In this document: one piece after another, positions 14,014 to 25,370 of the stretch
Position numbering within the stretch: the stretch's first letter is position 1
How the letters are laid out: each line of letters begins with the position of its first letter
Assembly: GCA_021613535.1 (NCBI GenBank)
Contig: CP075493.1
Coordinates: 15,686,001-15,750,000 of the forward strand
Length of the DNA stretch: 64,000 nt
DNA from: Adineta vaga
Taxonomy: Eukaryota; Animalia; Rotifera
Direction: 5' to 3'
Translations under genes and position numbers: made by a program
Notes under the pieces: model-generated
Seen by the model: the letters and a program-made list of their open reading frames with translations, nothing else
Told to the model about the DNA's origin: nothing
Database searches by the model: none

Positions 14014-14580
14014 ATGGCTGTATTCTTTCAAAGAAATGAAATTGAGTTTGAACGTACAGGTCAAGCAACAACAGTCGCAAACAATGATGTTGCACGTCTA
14101 ATGTATTATTTAGATTGTGTTTGTGATGCAATTGATTGTGCGAATGATTCGGATATTCAACGTTTTACAAATTATAACAATTGGCATCACCTATCAATTG
14201 AAGAACAAAAAGCACTTCTTGTTGTTTGTTATGCTTTTAGTCCTGATGTTCTCAATAATCGTGTTTTCTTTCATAGTGATGCTTTCTGTGGTGATTCTAG
14301 TAATCAATTTTATAAAGTCAGCCAAGTACGTAATCAGATTGTTGCTGCAGAATCAATAATCATAGCAGGACGAGTACTAACAGTGAATAAAATCATGACT
14401 TATAGATTAGAATGGATGAGAACATATTATTTTAATCCAATGGAAGCACTTATAAGAAGAACGGCTAATCCACCTCAACGTCCTGCACTTTCTTATACTT
14501 ATACAGCACCTGTTGTTCGACAATCAACATCGAGTTCAAGCACTTGCACGTTTGCTAGGGTGTGTTGTTGGTCTCACTAA
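14014..14580 (+). CDS. Uncharacterised protein, copy A (lacks the C-terminal TM present in copy B)
   Basis: 188-aa ORF, highly similar in nucleotide sequence to 36295-36920. Confidence 0.7.
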   Translation: MAVFFQRNEIEFERTGQATTVANNDVARLMYYLDCVCDAIDCANDSDIQRFTNYNNWHHLSIEEQKALLVVCYAFSPDVLNNRVFFHSDAFCGDSSNQFYKVSQVRNQIVAAESIIIAGRVLTVNKIMTYRLEWMRTYYFNPMEALIRRTANPPQRPALSYTYTAPVVRQSTSSSSTCTFARVCCWSH

Positions 14581-14744
14581 AAAATAATTCGAACATTTAT
14601 TTGACTTTTTGCATTATCTTCCTTTCATTTTAACTTCAATTTTTGTTTTTTCATTTCAATAACTATATCAACTCCCTGACACAATAAAATATCCCACTAA
14701 AGTAAACTATACAAAGGACAAAAAGACCCCCGTTATTTTTTCAC

Positions 14745-16366
14745 CTATATCAGCCAGTTCTTCAATAGCATCAAAGGTAATTCATAGACGTGTGAGTGAT
14801 ATAATAGAAGACCTGAGTCTTTTAATATACTCAAAATTTTATAGACTAAGAAAAAAACAGAATAACAGTATATTTGCTTGTACAAAATTTGTTTAACAGC
14901 TGGAATTATCCATGATGTGTTGCTGGCCGAAGGAATGAACACTTTTGGCCAATACATGCGAAGCATAAGAATAAAGGATCCTTTCGGTGCTGGTAACCAG
15001 TTAATTTGCTTGTCCAGTCCAGGAGATGTGTGTTGAATGTAGAGATCGAGTGATCCATCTTTGGCATTGTAAATTAAAGGATCTCGAGGACTTAAAGTGA
15101 ATTTGTTCAATGGATTAACCACAAAAAAATATTCTGGATCATACATAGTGATCGACCAAAAAGCATTGACAGGTGGTGTCTGACCTTTAGCAAAATGAAG
15201 TACATATTTGTTTGCGCCTGATAGTTTTTTGCCATCTGAATCGACGGTTGTATGAGGATAAATCGCGTCTTCACGTAGATTAGCTCCCCAGCCATATGCA
15301 GCAATGTAAGCACGGCGAAGATAATCAGTACCATAACGACCGGCAGATTCCGGTATCAACCAACCATTTTGCATTGTAGCAGTTTTAAGTTGAAAAGAAC
15401 TGATTTTGTTGAAAGCCAATTTTGGAACTCGATTAAGTGCGACTTGATTATGACTATTGAGTTTATTCCAATTAAATGTTTGACCAGGGAAAAGACCAAG
15501 GTTTCCCATCTTTTCCATAATATGACGATCTTGTTTGAGAGGTGGATTGTCCTATAAAGAAATTTTAAGGTTATCTTCGATAATCAAAATTCCATCGAAT
15601 TACTCACCTTCATAAGTTTCATCATCATATTGAAGTAGGTTGAGATGTTCATGTTGTTAATCACAGTGCGTACATTATCTGTCATACTAAATCCAGGATT
15701 GAGATCTATCTTATGTATCGATGTTATATTTGTGTTGTTGACAAAAGCACTGAGTGGTCGTAATAAATATTGATCTTGAAGATGATGTACAGCAGCATAA
15801 TCTTCTGGTGTTCCAGTACAATACGTACGTCCGAGAATAACCATATATCGAGTAGGTGTTTGGATATGTTTCGTAAAACGTTGTCTAAGTGCTGATGATA
15901 ATTTACTTTTCCATTTGGGACCAGTAAGAATATAAGTAGCAGCAGCTGTACCAGCTGTACGTTTTCCAGGAGATTCTATCACTGACGTCCAAAGATCGTA
16001 CATAGGAAAGAGATAAAATCGATTTGCCATATCAGGATGAGAAAAAACCCACGGTTCAGTACCGAGATCAAGCCATGCCACTGAATAGAGTGTATCCGCA
16101 TTCGGTGCTGTGACACCACGATAATTTGCTGGTGGATAATGACGTGCATTCATAAATTCACCCATAGGTGCTTTGAGATTCTGAGCCACATCGACATTGG
16201 TCATTTGCACACGAGTCACTTCACTGGTGATGAGTGCATATCCATACAAATAAGCATCAATGGCGATATTTTGAGCTTGTATAGGATTGAGTAACTTATT
16301 TTTACTTTTTGCCGCATCAATGATTGATACATTCAATAAGAAGATAAGAATAAGAAACAGCTGCAT
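14745..16366 (-). CDS. Secreted DUF1254/DUF1214 protein of bacterial type; intron 15552-15607
   Basis: Signal peptide MQLFLILIFLLNVSIIDA. Motifs AYLYGY, VTAPNADTLYSVAWLDL, PPVNAFWSITMY, DGSLDLYIQ, NWLPAP, LRMYWP. A 56-bp intron rebuilds MK|DNPP. Confidence 0.88.
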
Positions 16367-16652
16367 GACATAAATAGATATTTCTTTCGAATAAATTTGA
16401 TGACCGATTGCTTTCCATTTTATACTGTATTTTTCGTCCAACTGGTTCATTGATTTCGTTTCTTCGGCAATGTCGAACGAGAAAAAGTATTTTCATGTCT
16501 TTTTTTTTCTCTTTTCATTATTTAATGCATTGCATCGCCAGTGATAAGTTCATGACCTTAGTGATAGAGTTAAAGCTTTGAATTTTTCATCGACTTTCAT
16601 TAAGCTAATTCATATCTAGGGAAATCGATCCAGCGCTAAACAAATTTTTGAG

Positions 16653-16964
16653 CAGTGGCGGAGCCAGGGGGGGGGCCAGAGGGGGCTCAGCCCCCCCTAC
16701 GACCTTTCGCGCCCCCCCTAGAAAATTTTTTGCCCCTAGCGCCTAAAAAGATTGTGAAGATCCGGTTTTTCGCGAACCCGACTAAGCTCGAAGGGGAGTA
16801 CAGGGTTTTTTTTTTTTTGCTTTTCACTTTGGGTTTTTCAGTACCGAGACCTGGTTTTCATATGCAACTTAGCCTTGAAACTAGTGAAAAAATTTTTTTT
16901 TCAGAGTCGATTTTGAAGTTAGGGGCTGAGCCCCCCCTAGTACAAAATCCTGGCTCCGCCACTG
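16653..16964. mobile_element. Non-autonomous hAT-type DNA transposon (MITE), 312 bp
   Basis: Perfect 16-bp TIR CAGTGGCGGAGCCAGG / CCTGGCTCCGCCACTG. 8-bp TSD TTTTTGAG at 16645-16652 and 16965-16972. Subterminal inverted GGGGCTSAGCCCCCC. Confidence 0.93.
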
Positions 16965-17194
16965 TTTTTGAGATGAGTCGCCTGACAGAACAGCATCATT
17001 TTTTCTCCTTTCCCTATTTTGATGTACTAAAGAAAATATTCTAAAAACTAATTTTCAATTCTTTGTTTGTAAATAATTAGTAATAATATGTAAAAAGATA
17101 CAAAATTTCTTTGATAGAATAAAAAAACCGTACAATTAGAAAAATAATATACGTACAATAACGTTTTTAATCAAAAGGAGCATTAATGTACTTT

Positions 17195-18433
17195 TTATGG
17201 GGTATACAATTCCGCGCTATTATAAAAGTCATAACCATTACCGCATCCACCAGCAACTAATACTTTACCATTTTTTAATGTAGTTTGTGTATTGGTTGTT
17301 CGAGGATAATTCATATTTGGAGTATTTGTCCAATTTCCTGTCAATGGATCATACAGTTCAGTGCTACTTGAACTATAGAGTGAGCTCAAATCTGCACCAG
17401 CAACTAGCACTTTCCCATCGTTTAGCAGGGATATTGTAGGACTATCGCGTTGTTGATTCTTGTTCCCAGTCAGTGTCCAAACTCCTGTTGATGGGTCAAA
17501 TAATTCAGCAGAATCCAGTTCACCATAATTATACTCCCATCCACCAGCAATTAAGACCTTTCCATTTTTTAATACTATACCAGCATGATACATTCGAGGA
17601 TAATTCATACTAGCGGCTAATGTCCACTTTCCGGTCAATGGATCATACAATTCAGAACTATTGAAATTATCAACATCAGAAGATCCACCTGCAACTAATA
17701 CTTTTCCATTGTTTAATAGGAATGTTGTGTGTTGACTTCGTGTGTGATGCATGCTACTAGTCGCTGTCCAACTATTTTTCACTGGATCATATAATTCACA
17801 ACTGTTAGTAGGATTAAAAATATCGCTACTACCACCAACAACTAATACTTTACCATTTTTTAGAAGCGTTGCTGTGTGCCAGATTCGTTTATGTCTCATA
17901 TTAGGAACTCTTGTCCAATTCATCGCTAATGGATCATACAACTCAGCAGTATTCAGACTCTGAACACTCTCATCTTGTCCACCGATGATTAGTACTTTTC
18001 CATTCCTTAAAACGGTATCTGTATGCCAAATTCGTGTTGTACTCATAATATCTGTCATTGTCCAGTTTCCTGTTACCGGATCATAGACTTCCGCTCTATT
18101 TAGAATATCAGATAGAACATGATAGTTGTTTTTTCTCGTTTCTTTCAGTAAAATATAACTCACCCAGCATAAGAAGCTCCGCCAACAACCAGCAGCTTTC
18201 CATCTGTTAATAAAGATGCAGTGTGGAACATACGCACTTCATGCATACTATTAATGTTAGACCATCCTACAAAAAGGCAAATCAAAATATTTTCATCTTC
18301 TATCATAGACAGTAACGGTCGTCTCTGAAAGCGTGGATAAAAGAACTGTAGATTTCATAGAAAGAGAACTCACCAGGTCGTACAGCTATCATGCCTATAA
18401 AGTTTCGTGGGATACCTTTAGTGAAATTGATCA
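17195..18433 (-). CDS. Kelch/galactose-oxidase-type beta-propeller protein (5' end uncertain; two introns)
   Basis: Repeats H-T-x-T-x-L-x-NGKVLV-x-GG...ELYDP...W. Upstream exons at about 18164-18266 and 18374-18433. Confidence 0.8.
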
Positions 18434-19476
18434 TCAAGAACAACAAAAATGTGAAAACTATTCAAGTAAGAACATCAAAGATACAGATTTATTAGTTTAA
18501 ATGGTTCTACTCACTATGTATTCGACGATTACACATACTGTTCTTTTTCACAAATATATGTTTAAAGAAAGAAGAATAAACTAACTCTTTTCAATAAATG
18601 GCTTATACAGTAACAAAAAAAAGAGAAATTCTTTTCTTTTTATTGCATCAAAGTCTATGAAATACTCTTATCTATCTAAAATAAACTTCACCAGTACTGA
18701 AATTAAAGTAAACTAGTGCTCTATTTTTCTTATTAAGATCTATCTCGATGCTCTACATTTTTTTATTCATCAAACATATCTGTTCGTTCGTTCGCTGTTT
18801 TTCAAAAATATTTTATTGCGATACAAAGAACAAAAAGTCTGACCAACAATACACGACGCGTTTCAATCTTTGCTTCACTCTTTCCATTCTAATGTTCTCA
18901 GCAAAGGACACTTTCAGATTTCTTAAATCTTGAACAACTTTTCAACATAAATCGATATCGAAGTGATGTTTTCGTAAGAATTCACAAGAGATCTTTGTTG
19001 AATGTACAATTTGATAAGAAATGACATAAAGCACATGAGAGAAATTAACTTGACATTCTTTCAACGGATTTAAATCTGCGAACACACAAATTAGAAATCA
19101 TTTATTTTCGACACATGATGATTGTTGAAAAAATAAAAGTTGGAATTATCAGATTTATTCATCGTTTATTTAGAAGATAGGCCGATTTGATTTCAATTGA
19201 TACAAACCTCATCCTCGGAATAAATAAAAACGAAAAACAGTTAACAATATGAGAGAAGGAAACTAGATAGTGAATAATACTCTATTTTCTTTGTGGATAT
19301 ACCTTTGTGCCATATTTCCTACAAAGAAAAAGACAAGAATGAATCCATTCAATATCGTAAAATATTAGAAATAATAATCTTATAGAAAAATATGCAAATG
19401 ATGGAATAAAACATCAGTGACATTCTATCAATGAGTTAAGGTAGAAATAGTATATTGACACAACATACCTGTCTTG

Positions 19477-20037
19477 TTAGCCGCAAACAAAACAAGCACA
19501 AGCGCCATCGAATTTAACATTATTAAAATAGCCACAACCACCATCATAAGCAATACAATCATTCGTAATAGTAATAGGATCAGTATTCTTATAACGACAA
19601 GCACAAGTATTACTAGAAAAATATCCACCACAAGTTCCACCAGTACTTCCACCACAACAATAATAACCACCAGGATATTTATCGGCACCAGAATAACAAG
19701 TAGGACAACGATCACGAGTAGTAGGACGACGACCAACACAAATTTTATCACAACGAGAAGAAGTAGTAGTAGTAGTAGTACGAGGTGTAGTTGTAGTACG
19801 AGGTGTATTAATAATTGGAGCACTACCACAAATCATACAACCACAAGCAGAATCATAAGAAAGATCACTGTGACAAGACCAACCAGAAAAACAATTACAA
19901 CCAAGCTGACGTTTCTTAATTGAATGATGAGTACCGTCATCGACCGCATCCTGATTTACTACAGATAATGCCATGCAACTTGTAGCGATCGACACCAAGA
20001 AGATGATCACACAAATTAATTGATTGTTCGTTTTCAT
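19477..20037 (-). CDS. Secreted cysteine-rich precursor (signal, propeptide-KKR, Cys modules, Thr-rich linker)
   Basis: MKTNNQLICVIIFLVSIATSCMA signal, SIKKR dibasic site, numerous Cys. TATA-like TATATAAGG about 90 bp upstream. Confidence 0.8.
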   Translation of the reverse strand: MKTNNQLICVIIFLVSIATSCMALSVVNQDAVDDGTHHSIKKRQLGCNCFSGWSCHSDLSYDSACGCMICGSAPIINTPRTTTTPRTTTTTTSSRCDKICVGRRPTTRDRCPTCYSGADKYPGGYYCCGGSTGGTCGGYFSSNTCACRYKNTDPITITNDCIAYDGGCGYFNNVKFDGACACFVCG

Positions 20038-20039
20038 TA

Positions 20040-20731
20040 TGTCTTTTGTTGCTGTTCGATGTTTGAAGAGACAATAGTAGATTAATACACTTAAATGTGT
20101 AAATGGTTGTTGTCTTCTATACCTTATATATGCGTCGCTTATCGAACAACAAGGGAATATGCGTCGAAAAATAATTAATTTTTTTTCTAGGAAAAGAAAA
20201 TAACAGATGGTCTTTTTTTCTCGCGCTAAAAGAGTCTCTATGACGTGTTTTTTACTCATTTCGTACACAATATTGTATTTGGTTTTAATCTTTTTTTCAA
20301 AGAAAGAGCAATCAGAATAATCCCTTTGGAATTAAAATGTGAAACACGATACGATCTTCGAATCATTAGAACAAATTTCCTAGAAAATTTAAAACTATCT
20401 GTCGAGACCTTTCAGCAACTTTGAAACGAGTCGTACTTTGTTTTGACTTATCCGCACTCTCACACCCGCAAGAAGGAATTGTTCTAAATTGCTCTTTCTT
20501 TGAAAATAAGATTAATATCAAATACAATATTGTGTACGAAATGAGTAAAAAACACGTCATAGAGACTCTTTTAGCGCGAGAAAAAAAGACCATCTGTTAT
20601 TGTCTTTTCCTAGAAAAAAATTGATTATTTTTCGACGCATATATAAGGTATAGAAGAACAATCATTTACACATTTAAGTGTATTTATCTACTATTATCTC
20701 TTCAAACATCAAGCAGCAACAAAAGACAATG
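20040..20731. repeat. Inverted duplication of the promoter/5'UTR of the Cys-rich gene: arms about 20040-20317 and 20482-20731
   Basis: Arms are near-identical reverse complements (e.g. CGCGCTAAAAGAGTCTCTATGACGTG / CACGTCATAGAGACTCTTTTAGCGCG), with a spacer of about 165 bp. Confidence 0.92.
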
Positions 20732-21539
20732 GAAACGGGTGAGGGCGAAGGTGTATCGATCCGTTTTCACTTGACGACTCCTTTCGTGAATAACATCATT
20801 CGATAGGGAATTTAATTCTGTATCAAATCACAACCATTTTTAGAGCCAACATAAGTTAACAGACAAATTCGGAAATAGTTATATTCCATTGTACATTCAA
20901 AAACCAAATTATGATAGTTGAGCTACCTATGCCTATGTATGATTTGTCTAAATTCTCAAGTTAAATATGAAAAACTCAATCAACTGAAACGGAAATATTT
21001 ATCTATAAAGTTTGTAGTAGAATCTATACCTATTGATCTATATGATTTAGCAAAAAAGATGCTATGAAAACAAATGAATTTAAAGAAAAAGACAGTTAAT
21101 TATGTAGCTCCAGTTTCCATAGTCTATGATAGAACGTTTTTCTTTTATTATGTTCGATACTTGCTTCTAGTTTATTTCTTAGATGATGTGTAAAGTAAAC
21201 TTGTTATGTACGAAAAGAACATCTATAAGTCTTCTATTAAATTTGAATTTTTCTTATTAAAAGCCTCACAAAGTTGTATAGCGTATATCTCTCTTAATAT
21301 TGGGCAAAGTGTTGAGAAACTTTTACTGTATTAGACAGACATAGAGTACAGTAAAATTCACTACTCAAAAATCACTTCGATCTACTTAATTTTTTTCCGA
21401 TCAATCATACCAAAAAGTTGCAATTCACACATATAACTTCTATGTACATCATTTTTAAATTTATTAAAATCACCCGAGCAAAGGAAAAAAGAGAAATATT
21501 TTTCATTTTGAATGTAATCAAAAATTAGAAATTCTTATT

Positions 21540-22487
21540 TCAAACACTTGAAACAATGATACTGACAATACCATAAGAACTCGATGATCGATGAACTTTT
21601 TCAATTTGATAAAGATTTTTCTTCTCATCAGTATTTGTTTGTAACATTGCGATTTTTTCGGGTCTAATTTTAGGAAAAAGAACTTGATATAATCCTTCTG
21701 CCGTTCGAATAATAAAATATTGTTTTATTTTTCTAACAGATTGATCATTCGATGACTCAACAAGATGTTGAAGAATATTTAATTTTTCCAATTCATTTTC
21801 ACCAACATACGCAGCTAGATAGATCAATTGACATTGATTTAGAATTGATCGAACTTCATCACCTAATGGATTTTCACAAATATCTTGTGTAATAAAATGC
21901 ATACGTTTCGAAAGATGTGAAGGTAATACTTGTTCACATATTACAGATGCTAATTGATTGGCTTCTTCACATTTATCAATATTATAAATATCAATTGATG
22001 ATTCGAAATCTTCGAGAATAATTATAGAAGATATTGGAATTGGACCTGATCCAATAAAAGCGATTTTTGTAATCAAAGTGTTACATTCATCGTTATTATT
22101 ATTTGTTGAACTTTTATTTAAATAAACATGAAGATCTTGTAACATATTTAATTCAGAACCAATTAGTTGCATATAATTTTGACGATATTTAAAATGTTCA
22201 CTAAGATCTTGACTTTTATCAACTGCGCATAATCTTGCTGATCGTATTTCAACATAAAATCCGTAAAGAGCAAATAAATGACGAAGATTTTCACAAACTG
22301 ATTTGAATTCCATATCTGTTTGTAACATTTGATCAAATGTTGATAAACATATTTCATTCGAAAAACAAATCTCAGTAAGTTTATTAAATAAACTAATCAC
22401 TTCTGGAGTAAATTCATTGACATTAACTTGTGAAAATTGTTTATTTAATTGAATAAGTTCATTACGAATACGGAGAGAATTTTCCAT
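21540..22487 (-). CDS. Nicotianamine synthase-like SAM-dependent aminocarboxypropyl transferase
   Basis: FKYRQNYMQLIGSE, KIAFIGSGPIPISS, YNIDKCEEAN, YLAAYVG..ELEKLNILQHL and IRTAEGLYQVLFP match plant/fungal NAS motifs in order. Intronless. Confidence 0.85.
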   Translation of the reverse strand: MENSLRIRNELIQLNKQFSQVNVNEFTPEVISLFNKLTEICFSNEICLSTFDQMLQTDMEFKSVCENLRHLFALYGFYVEIRSARLCAVDKSQDLSEHFKYRQNYMQLIGSELNMLQDLHVYLNKSSTNNNNDECNTLITKIAFIGSGPIPISSIIILEDFESSIDIYNIDKCEEANQLASVICEQVLPSHLSKRMHFITQDICENPLGDEVRSILNQCQLIYLAAYVGENELEKLNILQHLVESSNDQSVRKIKQYFIIRTAEGLYQVLFPKIRPEKIAMLQTNTDEKKNLYQIEKVHRSSSSYGIVSIIVSSV

Positions 22488-22697
22488 GATTATTCAACAA
22501 TACAATGAATGCAAGACGTACCGAAAGATAAAGTGAATTTTCAAAGTAAACGTTAAAATAGCTTTATCATTCTATTTGAAAACAGTGAAGTTTTTTTTTC
22601 TATTTTCTTACCGTATTTATTTGCTTATTAGATGACATTTCATCATTACGAAGCACTGAGGTAGAATACTTTTTTTATTTAGTTAATATGAAATATT

Positions 22698-22738
22698 GAT
22701 GAGAGTATAGAATCCACACCCACACCCACACCCTCAAG
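22698..22738. repeat. Telomere-like element (right half)
   Basis: GATGAGAGTATAGAATCCACACCCACACCCACACCCTCAAG. Confidence 0.8.
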
Positions 22739-22772
22739 TTATTGTAGTTAACACGGAGTAAAAACGAAAAAA

Positions 22773-24026
22773 TTAAAATGTTTTTTCGACGATCCACGTC
22801 ACTATAGACAAGATTGTGATGATCATTATCCAATTCATATATCGATTACAATATAAGCTACTTCCTGTTATTGAATAAAAGAAAAGGGTTTTTGTTAATT
22901 CTAATAAAATCAATGATGATTACCTATTGAACTTGGATGACATGGTTTATTCTCAATGATTGAAAACATTTGTATTTGATGGTTCCAATTATCACATACA
23001 TAAAGATTTCCTTCTCGATCGAATGTCAAATCTGTTGGTGTATTGAATTGATTTGATGCATTACCTTCACCTATTTTATTACAAAAAGAAATCATCATAT
23101 AAAGTAGAAATTCAAATTATTTTCTATTTAACTAAAGATGATTAATATTTTGCACATCAAAGAATAGTATCTTGCTCAAAACTTGATTCTAAAGGCATAA
23201 TCTATGTTTGCTATCAATTTAGATTCATACCGTTTCCACCAGCAATGATAACACCCACGAGTGCACCTGGCATCCAACGCATTATTCGATGATGAATTGT
23301 ATCAGATATATACACAATTTTTGTTTGTTCATCAACCCATACACCATTGGGAGAAGCTAAAATTTCAGTATCGTGAGCCCAATCAGTCCAGTTCGATCCA
23401 GCAACTTCAATGCCTGTTAAAGCATTCTTTCCCCATTTTTGAATTCGAGCATTTCCTGAATCGGCCACATATAAATCGTCAGTAGTTCGATCAAAATAAA
23501 GTCCATCAGGTGTACTAAGATATTCATTTCCACTTCCTCTCTCATCCGTTCGACCAGCAACAACTACTGTCAAATTTGTTTTTGGTGACCATTTGATTAC
23601 ACGCTGTCGATCCGATTCTGACATATAGACGTTCTTTTCTTCATCAACTGCTATGCCAAAACATGATCGACATTCATCGCCTAGTTGAATACCTTTTAAT
23701 GCTCCTTTCGTCCATTTTTCTACTCGATTTCCAATAAAAACCGAAATGTATATTGATGGTCCATCATCATCTTCATCAACATAAATCTTTGAAGGAGAAT
23801 CAATACCAAATGCCACAGTTGTACCTGACTCGTGAGATGTATTTAATGAAAACATTTGAACTCGTTGATTACCAAAATCAGCTACATATAATGTATTAGT
23901 TCTTTTCAACATGAAAATTCCTTTCGGCATAGACAATTCAGTTGCTCCAGCACCACTGATACCTGTACCCGCTACTGTTTTACCATTTGGATCCCACTTA
24001 GCACAAGGACTAATATCAATCGATTC
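22773..24026 (-). CDS. NHL-repeat protein with hydrophobic C-terminal tail (first exon near 24120-24210 unresolved)
   Basis: Repeats LYVADxGNxRV/IQ and W...G.TVAG. Introns near 23072-23231 and 22865-22924. Confidence 0.8.
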
Positions 24027-24253
24027 TATAGACGCATGAAAATAGAATACGAGAGTAACTTAATAAAGAAAGAAAAATTCTTGAAAAAATATTTATATTA
24101 ATTTGACTTATATACTTACAAGTGTAAATAATACTATTCAGCATATTTCGTAACAACTGACAAGAATAAAGAACAACAGAAGATAATATACATCGATATC
24201 AACGACATGTGCATCAATGACTAGGTTTTTTTCTCTCTTTTTACTTTTAAAGG

Positions 24254-24540
24254 ACACGTATCAATAAGACCATTTTCTGGCCTAAAATATTTTTCAAAAT
24301 TGAATTCTGAGTAAAGTAGTGTCGTTTTTTTGTGTAGAAACGACTTTCATTTTTCGAGGTTCATATGGTACCACCTGTGGGGGATCCCGCAGGGTCATCG
24401 AAAAGTTTGTTTTCGCCAATTCTGATAAATCTTACACTATTCGACGCGGAACTTGGTGCTGATTATGAATATCAAATTCAAATTTGAAAAAGACTGAATT
24501 TTTGTGGGGAGAAATCGATCTATCGTAGAAGCAGGTGACC
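24254..24540. repeat. Possible degenerate DNA-transposon/MITE fragment
   Basis: Non-coding segment with raised GC and transposon-like subterminal wording. No TIR pair or TSD established. Confidence 0.25.
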
Positions 24541-24974
24541 TCTATTTTTCAAGAGAGAAAAAGCGATTCCTGCTTTCTCGAATTCTATGGTTCCAGAAAA
24601 ATCCTGCAGTTCCTGGTATTTCCTGTCAGATTCATATAAGGCGAATAGATAATGGTCGTTATATTTATAAACTAACAGGATCATACTATTGTCTAATATA
24701 TCTCGTTTATGACATATGGAGGGAAGAAGATTATTTTTAATGAGTTTTACTCTCATTCTTATCTTCTACAAAGATGTTAGGTATTGAACCCTAAATAGTA
24801 GAAAATTCTAATACATATTAGGTTTGACACACCGTGAGTAGTATTGAAATGTTCAGATTTTACTTTATTACAATAAATTTAAAAAAACTACCGTAGTTTC
24901 TGGACACAATCTACGTTATTTTGTTCAAGTTTGTACTAATAGAAATAAAAATAAAATGAGATTCTAGTTCTCAT

Positions 24975-25055
24975 CTTGAGGGTGTGGGTGAATGTGGGTC
25001 TCGGTGAGGTAGAAAGCAATAAAGATACCCCACATCCGCACCCACACCCACCCTT
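24975..25055. repeat. Telomere-like hairpin element
   Basis: CTTGAGGGTGTGGGTGAATGTGGG...CCCACATCCGCACCCACACCCACCCT. Confidence 0.8.
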
Positions 25056-25370
25056 TACTCGAATAAAAATATTCATACTCACACATCCTGCTATGCGGAC
25101 GTGAATGACTTTCGTTGTATCAATGTCGATTAAGAATGGAATAGCTGCGTATTTCCTTTTTTGGTATATCAAGCAAAAAAGCGAAAGAAAAGAAAAAAAA
25201 ACATGTGCGAATACTATTTATCTATGTCTTTTCACAGTTGATTGACTCACGTGTTAAAACATAATTTGGAAAAAAACCAATTTATTGTCGTGAATATAAA
25301 TACGTAAGCCATATATTTGTTTATTTTCACAGTGTATTTTTGTTCGTATTAAAATTTCAAATCATTGAGC

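Noticed and set aside
16655-17044. 129-aa ORF MAEPGGGPEG...
   Set aside because: It reads through the non-coding MITE (TIR to TIR) from a GTG start and has no protein features.
18790-19080. Possible degraded exon on the minus strand
   Set aside because: Contains a stop and has no recognisable motif; cannot be supported.
19428-19923. Val/Leu-rich and Thr/Ser-rich ORFs
   Set aside because: Alternative-frame shadows of the low-complexity Cys/Thr-rich gene.
20038-20624. N-terminal extension MYEMSKKH... and the ORFs at 20366-20624
   Set aside because: They arise from the inverted promoter duplication with non-ATG starts. The true start is ATG at 20037, before the signal peptide.
1-22487. NAS + ABCC as a metallophore synthesis/export cluster
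   Set aside because: They are 18 kb apart with unrelated genes between, and ABCC4-like genes are common; no evidence of linkage.
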